Shown here: positions 1-9,226 of the stretch, one piece after another | How the letters are laid out: every line of letters starts with the position of its first letter | Numbering within the stretch: the first letter of the stretch is position 1 | NCBI GenBank assembly: GCA_040260805.1 | Contig: JBDQPD010000027.1 | Span: 1 to 36,561 of the forward strand | Source of the DNA: Myxococcota bacterium | GTDB lineage: Bacteria; Myxococcota; UBA4151 | Length of the DNA stretch: 36,561 bases | Direction: 5' to 3' | Made by a program: the position numbers and the translations under genes | The notes under the pieces: generated by a model | Database searches by the model: none | The model's input: only the letters and a program-made list of their open reading frames with translations | What the model was told of the DNA's origin: nothing

Positions 1-1280
1 AAGGCGAAGTGTGTCGGGAAGTCAAAGACATGCTCGAGCCCACTTTGACGCCATCGCTCTGCCAAAACATGGGCACGACCCTCGTACATTTCACCCAGCA
101 AGTCGATCTCATCACCCAAGCCACGCCGGAGCGCATGGACGAATTCGGTGGGCACGTGAGTTAGGGCATCGAGTCGGAAACCGTCTGGCTTGAGACGGCG
201 CTGCCAGGCTTTGGCTTGTCCGATTAGGTAGTCACGCACCGCCGGTTTTTCTTGAGCTAAATCCGGGAGCCCGTGGACCCAGCCGGTCTCGCGTTCAGCT
301 TGATCATCGGGGTCGCTGATGGCTTGATCGGCGTGAAACCAGTCGGGGTGCTGCGTTCGCAAAGGCGCATCCCAAGCCACATGGTTGGTGACCAAATCCA
401 GGTGCAGCTTGAGACCTGCTCGCTGGGTCGCCTGACGCAATAACTGTGCAGCGCTCAAGCCGCCAAACCGGTCATCAACTTTGTCTAAATCATGGGTCCA
501 GTAGCCGTGAAAGGCGCCGTGTCCATGGAACTTATCCGAGCGGCTTGCGAAGATCGGTGTCAGCCACAGGTCGGTCACGCCAAGCGCTTTGAGATGAGGC
601 AGACGTTTCATCACCCCAGCGAGATCGCCGCCGTGCCATCCCTGGGGATCCTCACGCTCTACCCCGTGATTGTTGCTCGGATCTGCGTCATCAAAACGGT
701 CCACCAAGGCTAAGTAGAAAAGTCGAGGCGCTGCCTTAGCCTGAGCTCGGGCAGGTTTGGGTGAGTCGGCCACTTGCCGCAGGACGATCGTTAGTCGTTC
801 TGCGATCTCATCAACGACCGCATGGAGCGCATCCAATGCGTCTTGATTGCTTCGAGTCAGATGCGCCGCCAGATTCCAGTTGCTCGAGGCGATGACCTCG
901 CCGGATTTCTGGTCCGCGACGCTGACTTGTACGGCGACTTCCCAGCGGTAACGGCCGGCGCTTGGGTTGAGGTAGCGGGGGTTGACTTCGACTAGGGTCA
1001 CCCAGCGGGTTTCAGCCTTTTGCCGAAGTCGATTAAGGCGCTCCGTTTGAGACCGCACGTCATCAAGCCCCTTGGACGAGACAATCTTGAGCGCGCCGTT
1101 CTTGCTGTGCAGCTTCTCAGCCAACTCATCGGCAGACGCAACGCGCTGAGCTGCTTGGTTAGGCTCAGGGCCATCGATGATCAATGCCAGAGCGATCGAT
1201 TGCTGAGTGGCGACCGAGGACAGGTTTGGTGCGGTCGCACAGGCGATCAGCACAAAGGGTAGGGCACGACTTAGAACCAT
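1..1280 (-). CDS. GH13 alpha-amylase-family lipoprotein, 3' end truncated by the window edge (not in the ORF track)
   Basis: Manual translation from ATG 1280: MVLSRALPFVLIAC (lipobox), then LFYLALVDRF, WHGGDLAGV, LWLTPIF, FHGYW, LDLVTNH, GLPDLAQE, DGFRLDALTH (nucleophile Asp), LLGEMY (acid/base Glu), FDFP. Frame stays open to the window edge. The start overlaps the porin stop (1271-1273). Confidence 0.92.
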   Translation of the reverse strand, partial: MVLSRALPFVLIACATAPNLSSVATQQSIALALIIDGPEPNQAAQRVASADELAEKLHSKNGALKIVSSKGLDDVRSQTERLNRLRQKAETRWVTLVEVNPRYLNPSAGRYRWEVAVQVSVADQKSGEVIASSNWNLAAHLTRSNQDALDALHAVVDEIAERLTIVLRQVADSPKPARAQAKAAPRLFYLALVDRFDDADPSNNHGVEREDPQGWHGGDLAGVMKRLPHLKALGVTDLWLTPIFASRSDKFHGHGAFHGYWTHDLDKVDDRFGGLSAAQLLRQATQRAGLKLHLDLVTNHVAWDAPLRTQHPDWFHADQAISDPDDQAERETGWVHGLPDLAQEKPAVRDYLIGQAKAWQRRLKPDGFRLDALTHVPTEFVHALRRGLGDEIDLLGEMYEGRAHVLAERWRQSGLEHVFDFPTHFA

Positions 1281-2740
1281 GTCTCAGCCTCCAGTGCCAC
1301 GAGGTGGTGTAGGCGCCGCTCCACCGGGGCGAAGGTGTTTTCATTGGATTCACGTTGTTCGAATTGGTTCCCAAAAGCGTTGTTTTGGTTGCTGTGCTGA
1401 AGACCATACAACAGGCGAATTACCGGGCGTGCGAAGAGCCCTCTTCCTTTGGGCGAAAAGAGCAGGCCACCCTTAAATTGGCGTGTTTTTCGGGTGTCGA
1501 GGTCACCGTATTCTAGCCCCCTAAGATCACTTTGACCGCCGGTGTTGCTCTCGATTGAACGCGGGGTGGCTCGCCACCGGTTCCCATGGACGCTGTGCTC
1601 GCTAGCGATCGATCCCTCGATCAGCAGGTGCCATTGCCTGTCGAGATACCACTGGGCTCGGGCGACGCCCGAGAGCATCTGCATCGATTCGTCCGAGGGG
1701 GCGACGGTGTTGTCCTCATCGCTTGACCAAAGCCCGATAGCGCCGATCCATAGATCCAGACGTTTCGGGATCAATTGCAGCTGAATCTCACTACCTAAAG
1801 TGGCTTGGAAGCGTTCATCACTCAGATCATGCAGGTAGATGGTAAACTCGCGCCCATTATGGGTCTCTTGAACTGGGCTTTGCGGATGTAAGCGCTCGAA
1901 ACGAGCAAAGTTTTGCCACCATTTGATGACCCGACCCGCCTTAAAGCCCAACTCAGCAACGATCGCGTAGGATCGTGCATCACGAGTCTCGGGTTTTGGG
2001 AAAAAGTCTTCTTGCCCGGGGCGCCCCTCAAGAAAGCGCTCAACGACCTCACCGCGTAACAGGTCTTCGATCGCCACGCCTGGTGTCGCGTGCGGCGCTG
2101 TCGACTTGCCCGCCACGCTGGGTTCAAAGCGAACTTCGCCGCCCACGCCTGCGACCACGTGTCGGTTGCGATAGTGTAGTGAGGCGCCTGCGTTGAGAAC
2201 GGCGTTGTAGGCATCCCCTTTGAGTCCATAGCCGGCGTCGCCCAAACCTAAAAGGTAGGACCAATTAGCCCTGCGCCCCTCCACCGCCACCCCGAGCGCT
2301 CCGTCAAAGAGCCTCGCTGGGCGCATATCGTAGAGCCCTAAATCGCCATACCAAGTGCTCAAGCTACCTACACGTACGGTATGTTTTGAGCCCTGGCTGG
2401 TCCCCGCGCGTAGATAGGCCTGGGTGAGCCTCATCGCAGCGAGCGAGCCGCGTGAACCATCGGCGCCGAGTGGGCCCGGACCCTCGAACTTGAGGTGCAG
2501 ATCAGACCATGCACCGGACGACTTACGCAGAACGGCAAGACGGGGGTCCAGACTGATCCATGGACCCTCGTTGAGCAGACGGCCGTACAGGTTCCAAAAT
2601 CCGAGCTGTCCTTGTCCGCCGGCTAAGTCGGGACGAGCGAGTAAGCGAGCGTAACCACCTAAGCTGGTGCTGCTGTGATCAACGAAGGCGGCAGCAGGTT
2701 GAGCGCAAAGCAGCGTAAGGCAAGCGAGCAACGGCTTCAT
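1271..2740 (-). CDS. Carbohydrate porin, LamB/maltoporin-like outer-membrane beta-barrel
   Basis: Signal peptide ending AAA, early GYAR motif, amphipathic strands, RPVIRLLYG and C-terminal ALEAETWF resembling the LamB C-terminus. Lies between GH13 genes with overlapping start/stop codons. Confidence 0.75.
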   Translation of the reverse strand: MKPLLACLTLLCAQPAAAFVDHSSTSLGGYARLLARPDLAGGQGQLGFWNLYGRLLNEGPWISLDPRLAVLRKSSGAWSDLHLKFEGPGPLGADGSRGSLAAMRLTQAYLRAGTSQGSKHTVRVGSLSTWYGDLGLYDMRPARLFDGALGVAVEGRRANWSYLLGLGDAGYGLKGDAYNAVLNAGASLHYRNRHVVAGVGGEVRFEPSVAGKSTAPHATPGVAIEDLLRGEVVERFLEGRPGQEDFFPKPETRDARSYAIVAELGFKAGRVIKWWQNFARFERLHPQSPVQETHNGREFTIYLHDLSDERFQATLGSEIQLQLIPKRLDLWIGAIGLWSSDEDNTVAPSDESMQMLSGVARAQWYLDRQWHLLIEGSIASEHSVHGNRWRATPRSIESNTGGQSDLRGLEYGDLDTRKTRQFKGGLLFSPKGRGLFARPVIRLLYGLQHSNQNNAFGNQFEQRESNENTFAPVERRLHHLVALEAETWF

Positions 2741-5136
2741 GGAATCGCCTGCACAATCACGATCGATGAGCCTGCGGCGTCGTAGGTCGGACCGAGTGAG
2801 ACGGTGGCGTTCAGATCCACATTGTAGCTTTGTCGAAGGTCACGGTCGTCTTCGGAGAGAAAAGAGCGGTCATCAAAGTAGGCTTGCGTATCGACGATCC
2901 GATGCCATGAGCGTCCCTCGGGTAAGGTAAAGGTTGTACTCTGTCGTTCCATATTGATGAGGACCGCGAGCTCGGGACCGGCTGACGCATCATAGTAATG
3001 CAAAATGACCGATTTTCCGCCCCAGTTGACCGCCTCTTCGTTCGCCGGGCTTTTCCACGAAAAGGGCGCGCCGCCCCCGTAGGTTGCAGGCGCCACCGCG
3101 TGGGTCATGGACTGTCGCCAGCGGGTCATTTGACGCACGAAATCATGCATTCGGTGGCGGTGGTCATCGGCTTGCCAAAGCCCCCAACGGAACCAGTTGT
3201 AGGCGTTGTCTGCTCCGGTGCTGTAGGCGTTGTTGTTTCCGAGCTGTGTACGCATCCACTCATCGCCGCCGAGCATCATCGGGGTTCCGTGAGAGATCAT
3301 CATAGCGGTAAAGAAGTTGCGCATCAGCTGCCGCTTGAAGACCTCGTTCTCGGCGCCCCATTCGCGGCTGCGGTTGTGGCTGTCGCCGCTGTCTTGTTCA
3401 CACCAGGAAGAGGCGGGGCTGTCGCAGCAGACTGGGTTCAGGGGCGTGCAACCATTGCGTTTGTCCTGATAGGTCACCAGATCATACATCGTAAATCCAT
3501 CATGAGCGGTGATGAAATTGACGGCGGTCATTGGGCCTCGCCCGTTGTGGTTGTAGTTACGCTGCATGGCGGTCATGACGTAGCCGCCGTCGGCGTCGGC
3601 TTCTTGGCTGTTCAGCTTCCACTCATCGAAATTGATGAAGGCGCGCCACCAGTCGCGAAAGCGTGCGTTCCATTCGAGCCAGCCGGTCGTTCCGTCGCTG
3701 CTTGCTGGGTAGGCTCCAATCAAGGGTCCATAGTTCCCTCCAGCGGTCCAGGGTTCGGCGATGATTCGTGTGTTGGTGGCGCGCAAGACCGGGTCGTCGA
3801 TAATATCCTGCAAGACCGTGTTCGCAGGGTCGTCCCAGTTGTTGTAGTCCCCGTCTCGTTCACCGAGAATACCCGCCAGGTCAAATCGGAAGCCATCGAT
3901 ATGGAGCTCTTCGACGCAGAAGCGAAGACTGTCCATAATCAACCGCCGCATGGGCTTATGGTTTGGACGCGTCTGGTTGCCTACGCCGGTGTTGTTCCAA
4001 TAGGTTCGTTTGTCCTCGTTGAGCGCATAATAGGCGGCATTATCCAGCCCCCGAAAGGAATAGATGCTCGCGGTTTCATGAGGGTCAAAGTTGATGGATG
4101 CAGCGCTCGTTCCAGGGTCAAGACTTCGATCGTCTAGATAGAGCCGCTCGCGCCATAGGCCGCCTTCACCCGTGTGGTTGTACACGACATCAATGATGAC
4201 CTCGATACCGTGTTGATGCAGCTGGTCGACCATCCACTTGAATTCATCCAGGACCCGATGCGGGCGAGCGTCTGATGCATAGCTCAGTTCGGGCGCAAAG
4301 AAGTTCGTGTTCCAATAGCCCCAGTACCCACCGTCCAGGCTTTTTTCATGGATCGGAAGCAGCTCAACAGCGGTAATTCCTAGATCCGCTAAGTACGCAG
4401 CTTTCTCTCCAACCCCGCGAAATGTGCCGGGGTGGTCGACGCCACTGGCAGGATCAGCGGTAAAGCCTTTGGCGTGCACTTCATAGATGATCAGATCCGT
4501 AGGGCCATGGTTTTCGTGGGCGCCGCTTCGGCGTTTTTCTTGCCAGTCTGCCTCGGCTTGCGACCATTCATAGTCACTGCGCACCACGACGCTCTTCGTC
4601 GATGCGCCATAGGTATTGACCGTGCGTGCTGGGCCGGATGCCAGGCTTGCGCGACCCCAGTCGTGATCGCGATGGAGCGCTTTCGCATAGGGGTCGATGA
4701 GGAGCTTGTTCGGATTAAAGCGGTTTCCTTCAGCGTCAACATCAGCCTCGAATCCGTGGATTGAGCCAGGAAACCAGTCTTCATGTTGCTTCCAGTTGGG
4801 TCCCCACGCCCGAAAGCCATAGTGCTGACCTAAGCCGATACCTTCGACAAACAAGCTCCACACGTCACCGAAGCGATGCATCGGAAAGGTTTTCGTCGCT
4901 TGATCAGACTCTGGGTCATCAAACAGCAGCAGGTCGATGCGCTCTGCGCGTTCTGAATAGATCGCGAAGTTGACCCCGTCATCAAACAGAACCGGTCCCA
5001 TATGCTCAAGGGCTTCGATCGCATCCGCAGACAGCGATTCAGCGTGGGACTTTGAGGCGTATCGCTGAGGTACGGGGTCGGTTTCGGGGCAACCTAAGAT
5101 CACCATAATAGTCGCTACGACCAGGAAATTTTTCAT
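2737..5136 (-). CDS. glgX: Isoamylase/glycogen debranching enzyme (GlgX-like, CBM48 + GH13), predicted lipoprotein
   Basis: GVNFAIYS, YGFRAWGP, NKLLIDPYAK, IIYEVHAKGFT, YWGY, DVVYNHTGEG, GFRFDLA, IAEPW, FITAHDGFT, GNNNAY. Start placed at ATG 5136 (MKNFLVVATIMVILGC, lipobox) after GAGAGGGG. Confidence 0.92.
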   Translation of the reverse strand: MKNFLVVATIMVILGCPETDPVPQRYASKSHAESLSADAIEALEHMGPVLFDDGVNFAIYSERAERIDLLLFDDPESDQATKTFPMHRFGDVWSLFVEGIGLGQHYGFRAWGPNWKQHEDWFPGSIHGFEADVDAEGNRFNPNKLLIDPYAKALHRDHDWGRASLASGPARTVNTYGASTKSVVVRSDYEWSQAEADWQEKRRSGAHENHGPTDLIIYEVHAKGFTADPASGVDHPGTFRGVGEKAAYLADLGITAVELLPIHEKSLDGGYWGYWNTNFFAPELSYASDARPHRVLDEFKWMVDQLHQHGIEVIIDVVYNHTGEGGLWRERLYLDDRSLDPGTSAASINFDPHETASIYSFRGLDNAAYYALNEDKRTYWNNTGVGNQTRPNHKPMRRLIMDSLRFCVEELHIDGFRFDLAGILGERDGDYNNWDDPANTVLQDIIDDPVLRATNTRIIAEPWTAGGNYGPLIGAYPASSDGTTGWLEWNARFRDWWRAFINFDEWKLNSQEADADGGYVMTAMQRNYNHNGRGPMTAVNFITAHDGFTMYDLVTYQDKRNGCTPLNPVCCDSPASSWCEQDSGDSHNRSREWGAENEVFKRQLMRNFFTAMMISHGTPMMLGGDEWMRTQLGNNNAYSTGADNAYNWFRWGLWQADDHRHRMHDFVRQMTRWRQSMTHAVAPATYGGGAPFSWKSPANEEAVNWGGKSVILHYYDASAGPELAVLINMERQSTTFTLPEGRSWHRIVDTQAYFDDRSFLSEDDRDLRQSYNVDLNATVSLGPTYDAAGSSIVIVQAIP

Positions 5137-5188
5137 CGTCGATACCACCCCTCTCATCACTTCGAGAAAGCCTATTCACCGGTCAATG

Positions 5189-6816
5189 CTAGCGAGCCTT
5201 ACGGTAATAACGCTCGTTGTATTCTGACACCATGCGCTCGGTCGTAAAGTGTGCAGCGGTTGCGATCGCCGCCTTTTGCATCTCAAGTCGTGCCTTTGGA
5301 TCCGCCCAAACCGGTACCACGCGCTCGATCAGGCAACGGTAAAGAGCTTCAGCGTCGCCTTCATCATCGCGCTCGGGCAAGCGACTTCCAAAGGCGAACC
5401 CGTTGATGTTATCTTCGCACCCTTCAACCCACCAGCCGTCGAGATACTCAAGTTGGGAACCCCCTGCATCGAGGCTTTCATCCCTGAGGTGCCGGAGGCT
5501 TCGAGTGGACGAATCGGGTTGTTGAGCCAAAGGTCCACGCCTCCAGTCAAAAGACGCCCGTGCCACATCGAATAATCGGGGATTAAAACGACGCGCAAAA
5601 GGCCGCCCGACAACTGACCTTGCTCGTAAATCGATCGAAGGATCGCTTGACCTTGATGATCTTTCGGATGCGACTTGCCCGAAAAGACCACCTGAAGGCC
5701 GCCGAGTTTCTCTGCGGCTTCAAGCAAGCGCTCGGGGTTGTGAAACAACAGGTTACCGCGTTTGTACGGCGTCATGCGCCGAGCAAACCCAAGCGTCAGT
5801 CGGTCACTTCTCAGCGCCGAGCGAGTGGTGGCATTGGCGTAATCGCAGAGCTCTTCTTTAGAGCGCTGACGAGCTGCCAACAACTCGTTGTCTGGAATGC
5901 GCGCTGCCTGGGCCAAAAGCTCAGGGTTGGCTTGCCAGCCTTCGAGATGGCGATCAAAGAGCGCCGCCATAGTCGGTAGGCACCATTTACGGTGATGAAT
6001 CCCGTTGGTGAGCCCCTCGATCGATCGGCCCGGAAAGAGCGGCTCAGCGACCTCAGCGTTGGTCTTTGAGACGCCATTCATTTTCTGCGCATAATGGGCT
6101 GCGAGGTGACTCATATTGAGTTCATCAGTGCCTAGATGTGACGCAATCAACCGCTGGAATGAGTCGGTACAAAGCTCTTGCCACAAGTCGGCACCAAAGC
6201 GGTCATGTCCCGCAGCTACAGGCGTGTGCGTTGTGAAATGGCATCGAGATCGAATGGAGTCTTCGCTTTGCCCACTGATCTGCCATGCGACGGGTGCCAT
6301 TGCGCAATGGCCTTCATTGAGATGCAGCTGGAACTGGTCGTCATGACGAGCTTGTCCTAACGCGATCGCACCTTGACCTAAGACCAGCTCTTGACGGAGG
6401 CGAAGCGCCTGATCACCGCCGTAGAGTTTCCGACTCACGTGCCGCCAAGCCTCAGGGTTCTCTTCAAGGTCGGCGTCGAGAAACAAGACATCAACGCCTC
6501 CTAATGTGCCTTCGACGCGTCGCTTCCACACGCGCAGTTGGATCTCGCCATCGACTGTGTTGATCGCCACGGATCCAGCCGGATCCAAGACGTCGCTTGG
6601 ATCGGTGCTGGGGAAATACATGTCCTGCTGCCCTGACTCATCAAAGCGCTGCTGACCATATCCTTGTCGGTAGTAAAGACTGACGCAGGTAAAGGGTAAG
6701 CCCAGATCGGCGGCGCTGCGCACGTGATCACCTGATAAAACGCCAAGCCCACCGGAGTAGGTCGCCAGGCTACAATCAAGACCTACTTCGGCTGTGATAT
6801 AGACAATAGGTAGCAT
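5189..6816 (-). pseudogene. glgP: Alpha-glucan phosphorylase (GT35), split by a 1-nt frameshift near 5443 (genuine lesion or sequencing error)
   Basis: YSGGLGVLSGDH, LYGGD, RLRQE, HLNEGH, FTTHTPVAAGHD, FARRMTPYKR, GKSHP, EASGTSGMKA (PLP Lys) in ORF 5329-6840. The conserved continuation LDGWWVEG...HFTTERMVSEY lies in the frame of ORF 5189-5566. Start at ATG 6816 after GGAG. Confidence 0.88.
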
Positions 6817-6834
6817 CGATGACTCCAAAGATCG

Positions 6835-6849
6835 TGGCACTTAAGTCGC
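6835..6849 (+). promoter_or_regulatory. Candidate sigma-54 (-24/-12) promoter for the downstream amylase
   Basis: TGGCACTTAAGTCGC has GG-N10-GC spacing, an exact TGGCAC and TCGC for TTGC. It lies 46 nt upstream of ATG 6896 in the divergent intergenic gap. Confidence 0.4.
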
Positions 6850-6895
6850 GCTGCTTCGAGTTGTCTAGAAGAAGATGTGCTGGCAGGAGGGGAAT

Positions 6896-9226
6896 ATGCT
6901 TTATCGATTCTTCGCTATTTTGTGCTGTTTGAGTGCTTGTAACTCCCAGAAACCTACTCATGAGTCGGATGTTGGCTTTGTTCTGATTGATGCCGGGCGA
7001 CCGAATTCAACGGATGCCCAGCGTCCGGACACCGGTCTACTGACCGATGCGGCCACGTTGGATATCAGCGCGAGCCAAGACGCCTCGGGCGTGAGCCGAG
7101 ATGCAGGACGGGTGGATTCATGTCGGCTGGATTGGGTCGTCGATCTGCGCCACCTCGATCCGATACCGACTCAAGTCGCCGTCGCCGGTGCTTTTAACGA
7201 TTGGTCAACGGATACGACGCCCATGGTCGAGCTCGTGTCAGGCGTTTTCGCAACCCACGCTGAGCTTGAGCAGGGTGACTATACGTACAAAATAGTCGTC
7301 GATTCGGCGACGTGGATGATGGATCCAGGTCAGCCCCGAGTGCGAGACGATGGCGAGGGGAACACGAACTCGTTGGTGCGTCATGAGTGTCGCACCAACA
7401 CCGACGCCATCGTTCGTTTGACTCATCAGTTTGATCCGCAGAGTTCAGCCTTGATCGAGCAGAGCTACCTGCTCCCGAGCGGCTTGGTTGATGTGCAACT
7501 CGACGGCGCGACGTTGCGCGGCTTCAACTGGTCACTCGAGGGCGACCGAACGTTGAGCCTGCAGTTCGGTGCTGGCTTGACCCATTTAGCGACCTTGACC
7601 CTGCGCTGGGCGGATGGCGCAGAGCGACGCTTGACGGTAGGGCCTGAGCTGTCGCCGTCCAAGGACTGGCGGCGAGGGACGCTCTACTTCGCCATGATCG
7701 ATCGCTTCGTGAATGGTCGTTTAGACAATGAACAACCCTTCGAAGACGTTCCCGAGGCGCTCAATTATCAGGGCGGTGATTTGGCTGGGGTGACCCAGCT
7801 GCTGGAACGCGGTGGCTTGGACGATCTTCAAGCCCGGGCGATTTGGTTGACCTGGCCGATGCTGGGTCCGGACCGCTCGATGGCGGGGCAGCGCCTAGAG
7901 CTTGACCCAAGACCACGCGGTTGCGGCTTGAACCCGTATGATCAGTCGCTTCCGCGAAGAGCTGTTCGATACACCGGCTTTCATGGATACTGGCCGACCG
8001 ATCTGCAGCGTGTCGATCCAAGGTTTGGTACCGAGGCTGAGCTAGAAGCTTTGGTGCACGCGGCTCATCAGCGCGGGATCGCGGTCTTGCTGGATCTGCC
8101 CGCCAATCATCTCCACGAAGATCACCCGATCGCTCAAGACGAACAAAAGCGCTCTTGGTTTAACTATCCAGCCCAGGTCTGCGGCCGTGAGGTCGCTTGG
8201 GATGATGCGCCAGAGACCTGCTGGTTCACGGAGTATTTACCTGATCTGAATTTGGGCAACGTAGAGGCGCGTTCGTGGTTGGTTGACCAAGCTCTGGCGA
8301 TTGCGGAGCGGTTCTCTATCGATGGTTTCCGGATCGACGCGGTCAAGCATCTGGATCGTCGGTTCTTGACGGACTTGAGGCATGCAATGCGGGCTCGCCA
8401 TGAGCTGGCGGGGCAGCCCTTTTGGACCATCGGCGAGACCTTCTCTGGTGACGCCGCGTCCGTCGCTTCTTATGTCGGTGAGACGGGGGTCCACGCTCAG
8501 TTTGATTTTCCAACCAACTACCAGCTGCTCGAAACCTTCGCTCAAGGGCATCTTGGTTTAGGTGAGATGGACGCCAACGTCCGCGGGATCAAAGCAAACT
8601 ACAGCCAAGAGCTGATGGTTAACTTTGTCGGCAATCACGACATCGCTCGGTTTACTTCGCTCGCTTCCGCTCAGTTGTGTGGAGCGTGGGATATGGGTTC
8701 GAACCAAGCTTTGGGTTGGCACCAACCTCCCGTCGCGCCCAACGATGCTCATCCCTACAAGCGTTTGCTCCAAGCTTTGACCTACGCCTTCACCATCCCA
8801 GGACAGCCGATGATCTACTACGGTGATGAGTTTGGAATGCCTGGAGGAGGTGACCCCGATAACCGGCGGATGATGCGGTTTGATGAAGCGTTGAGTGATC
8901 ATGAGCGCTGGTTGCGTGAGCAGGTCGTTCGACTCACCGCCGTTCGACAACAGGTCGACAGTTTGCGCAGCGGCGCTTGGCCGTCACCTGCGGTCGCCGA
9001 CCAGCAGACGCTGGCTTACGTTCGTACGGGCGGCGCAGACGATGCGTTGGTGATTATCAACCGGGGGCCGGCGCGTAGCCTACAATTAGCCTTGATCGAA
9101 GAGGGTCTGCACGGTGCTTTGGTTGAAGCGCTGAGCGGCGCACAGGCGCAAATGGATCCGCAAGCTGGGCACCGCTTCGAGCTCGAAGCTGAGAGCGTTC
9201 AAATTTGGACTCGAGCGGCTCGCTAG
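6896..9226 (+). CDS. GH13 alpha-amylase/neopullulanase-like lipoprotein with CBM48-type glycogen-binding domain
   Basis: AGGAGG RBS and MLYRFFAILCCLSAC lipobox. VAVAGAFNDW...YTYKIVVD...W..DP...NSL (CBM48-like). YFAMIDRF, GGDLAG, HGYWP, ANH, LPDLN, GFRIDAVKH, IGE, FVGNHD, IYYGDEFG, GDPDNRR. Confidence 0.92.
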   Translation: MLYRFFAILCCLSACNSQKPTHESDVGFVLIDAGRPNSTDAQRPDTGLLTDAATLDISASQDASGVSRDAGRVDSCRLDWVVDLRHLDPIPTQVAVAGAFNDWSTDTTPMVELVSGVFATHAELEQGDYTYKIVVDSATWMMDPGQPRVRDDGEGNTNSLVRHECRTNTDAIVRLTHQFDPQSSALIEQSYLLPSGLVDVQLDGATLRGFNWSLEGDRTLSLQFGAGLTHLATLTLRWADGAERRLTVGPELSPSKDWRRGTLYFAMIDRFVNGRLDNEQPFEDVPEALNYQGGDLAGVTQLLERGGLDDLQARAIWLTWPMLGPDRSMAGQRLELDPRPRGCGLNPYDQSLPRRAVRYTGFHGYWPTDLQRVDPRFGTEAELEALVHAAHQRGIAVLLDLPANHLHEDHPIAQDEQKRSWFNYPAQVCGREVAWDDAPETCWFTEYLPDLNLGNVEARSWLVDQALAIAERFSIDGFRIDAVKHLDRRFLTDLRHAMRARHELAGQPFWTIGETFSGDAASVASYVGETGVHAQFDFPTNYQLLETFAQGHLGLGEMDANVRGIKANYSQELMVNFVGNHDIARFTSLASAQLCGAWDMGSNQALGWHQPPVAPNDAHPYKRLLQALTYAFTIPGQPMIYYGDEFGMPGGGDPDNRRMMRFDEALSDHERWLREQVVRLTAVRQQVDSLRSGAWPSPAVADQQTLAYVRTGGADDALVIINRGPARSLQLALIEEGLHGALVEALSGAQAQMDPQAGHRFELEAESVQIWTRAAR

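Noticed and set aside
2998..4137. 379-aa plus-strand ORF and many other overlapping ORFs in the track
   Set aside because: Antisense or off-frame shadows of well-supported genes, expected in GC-rich DNA, with no recognisable motifs.
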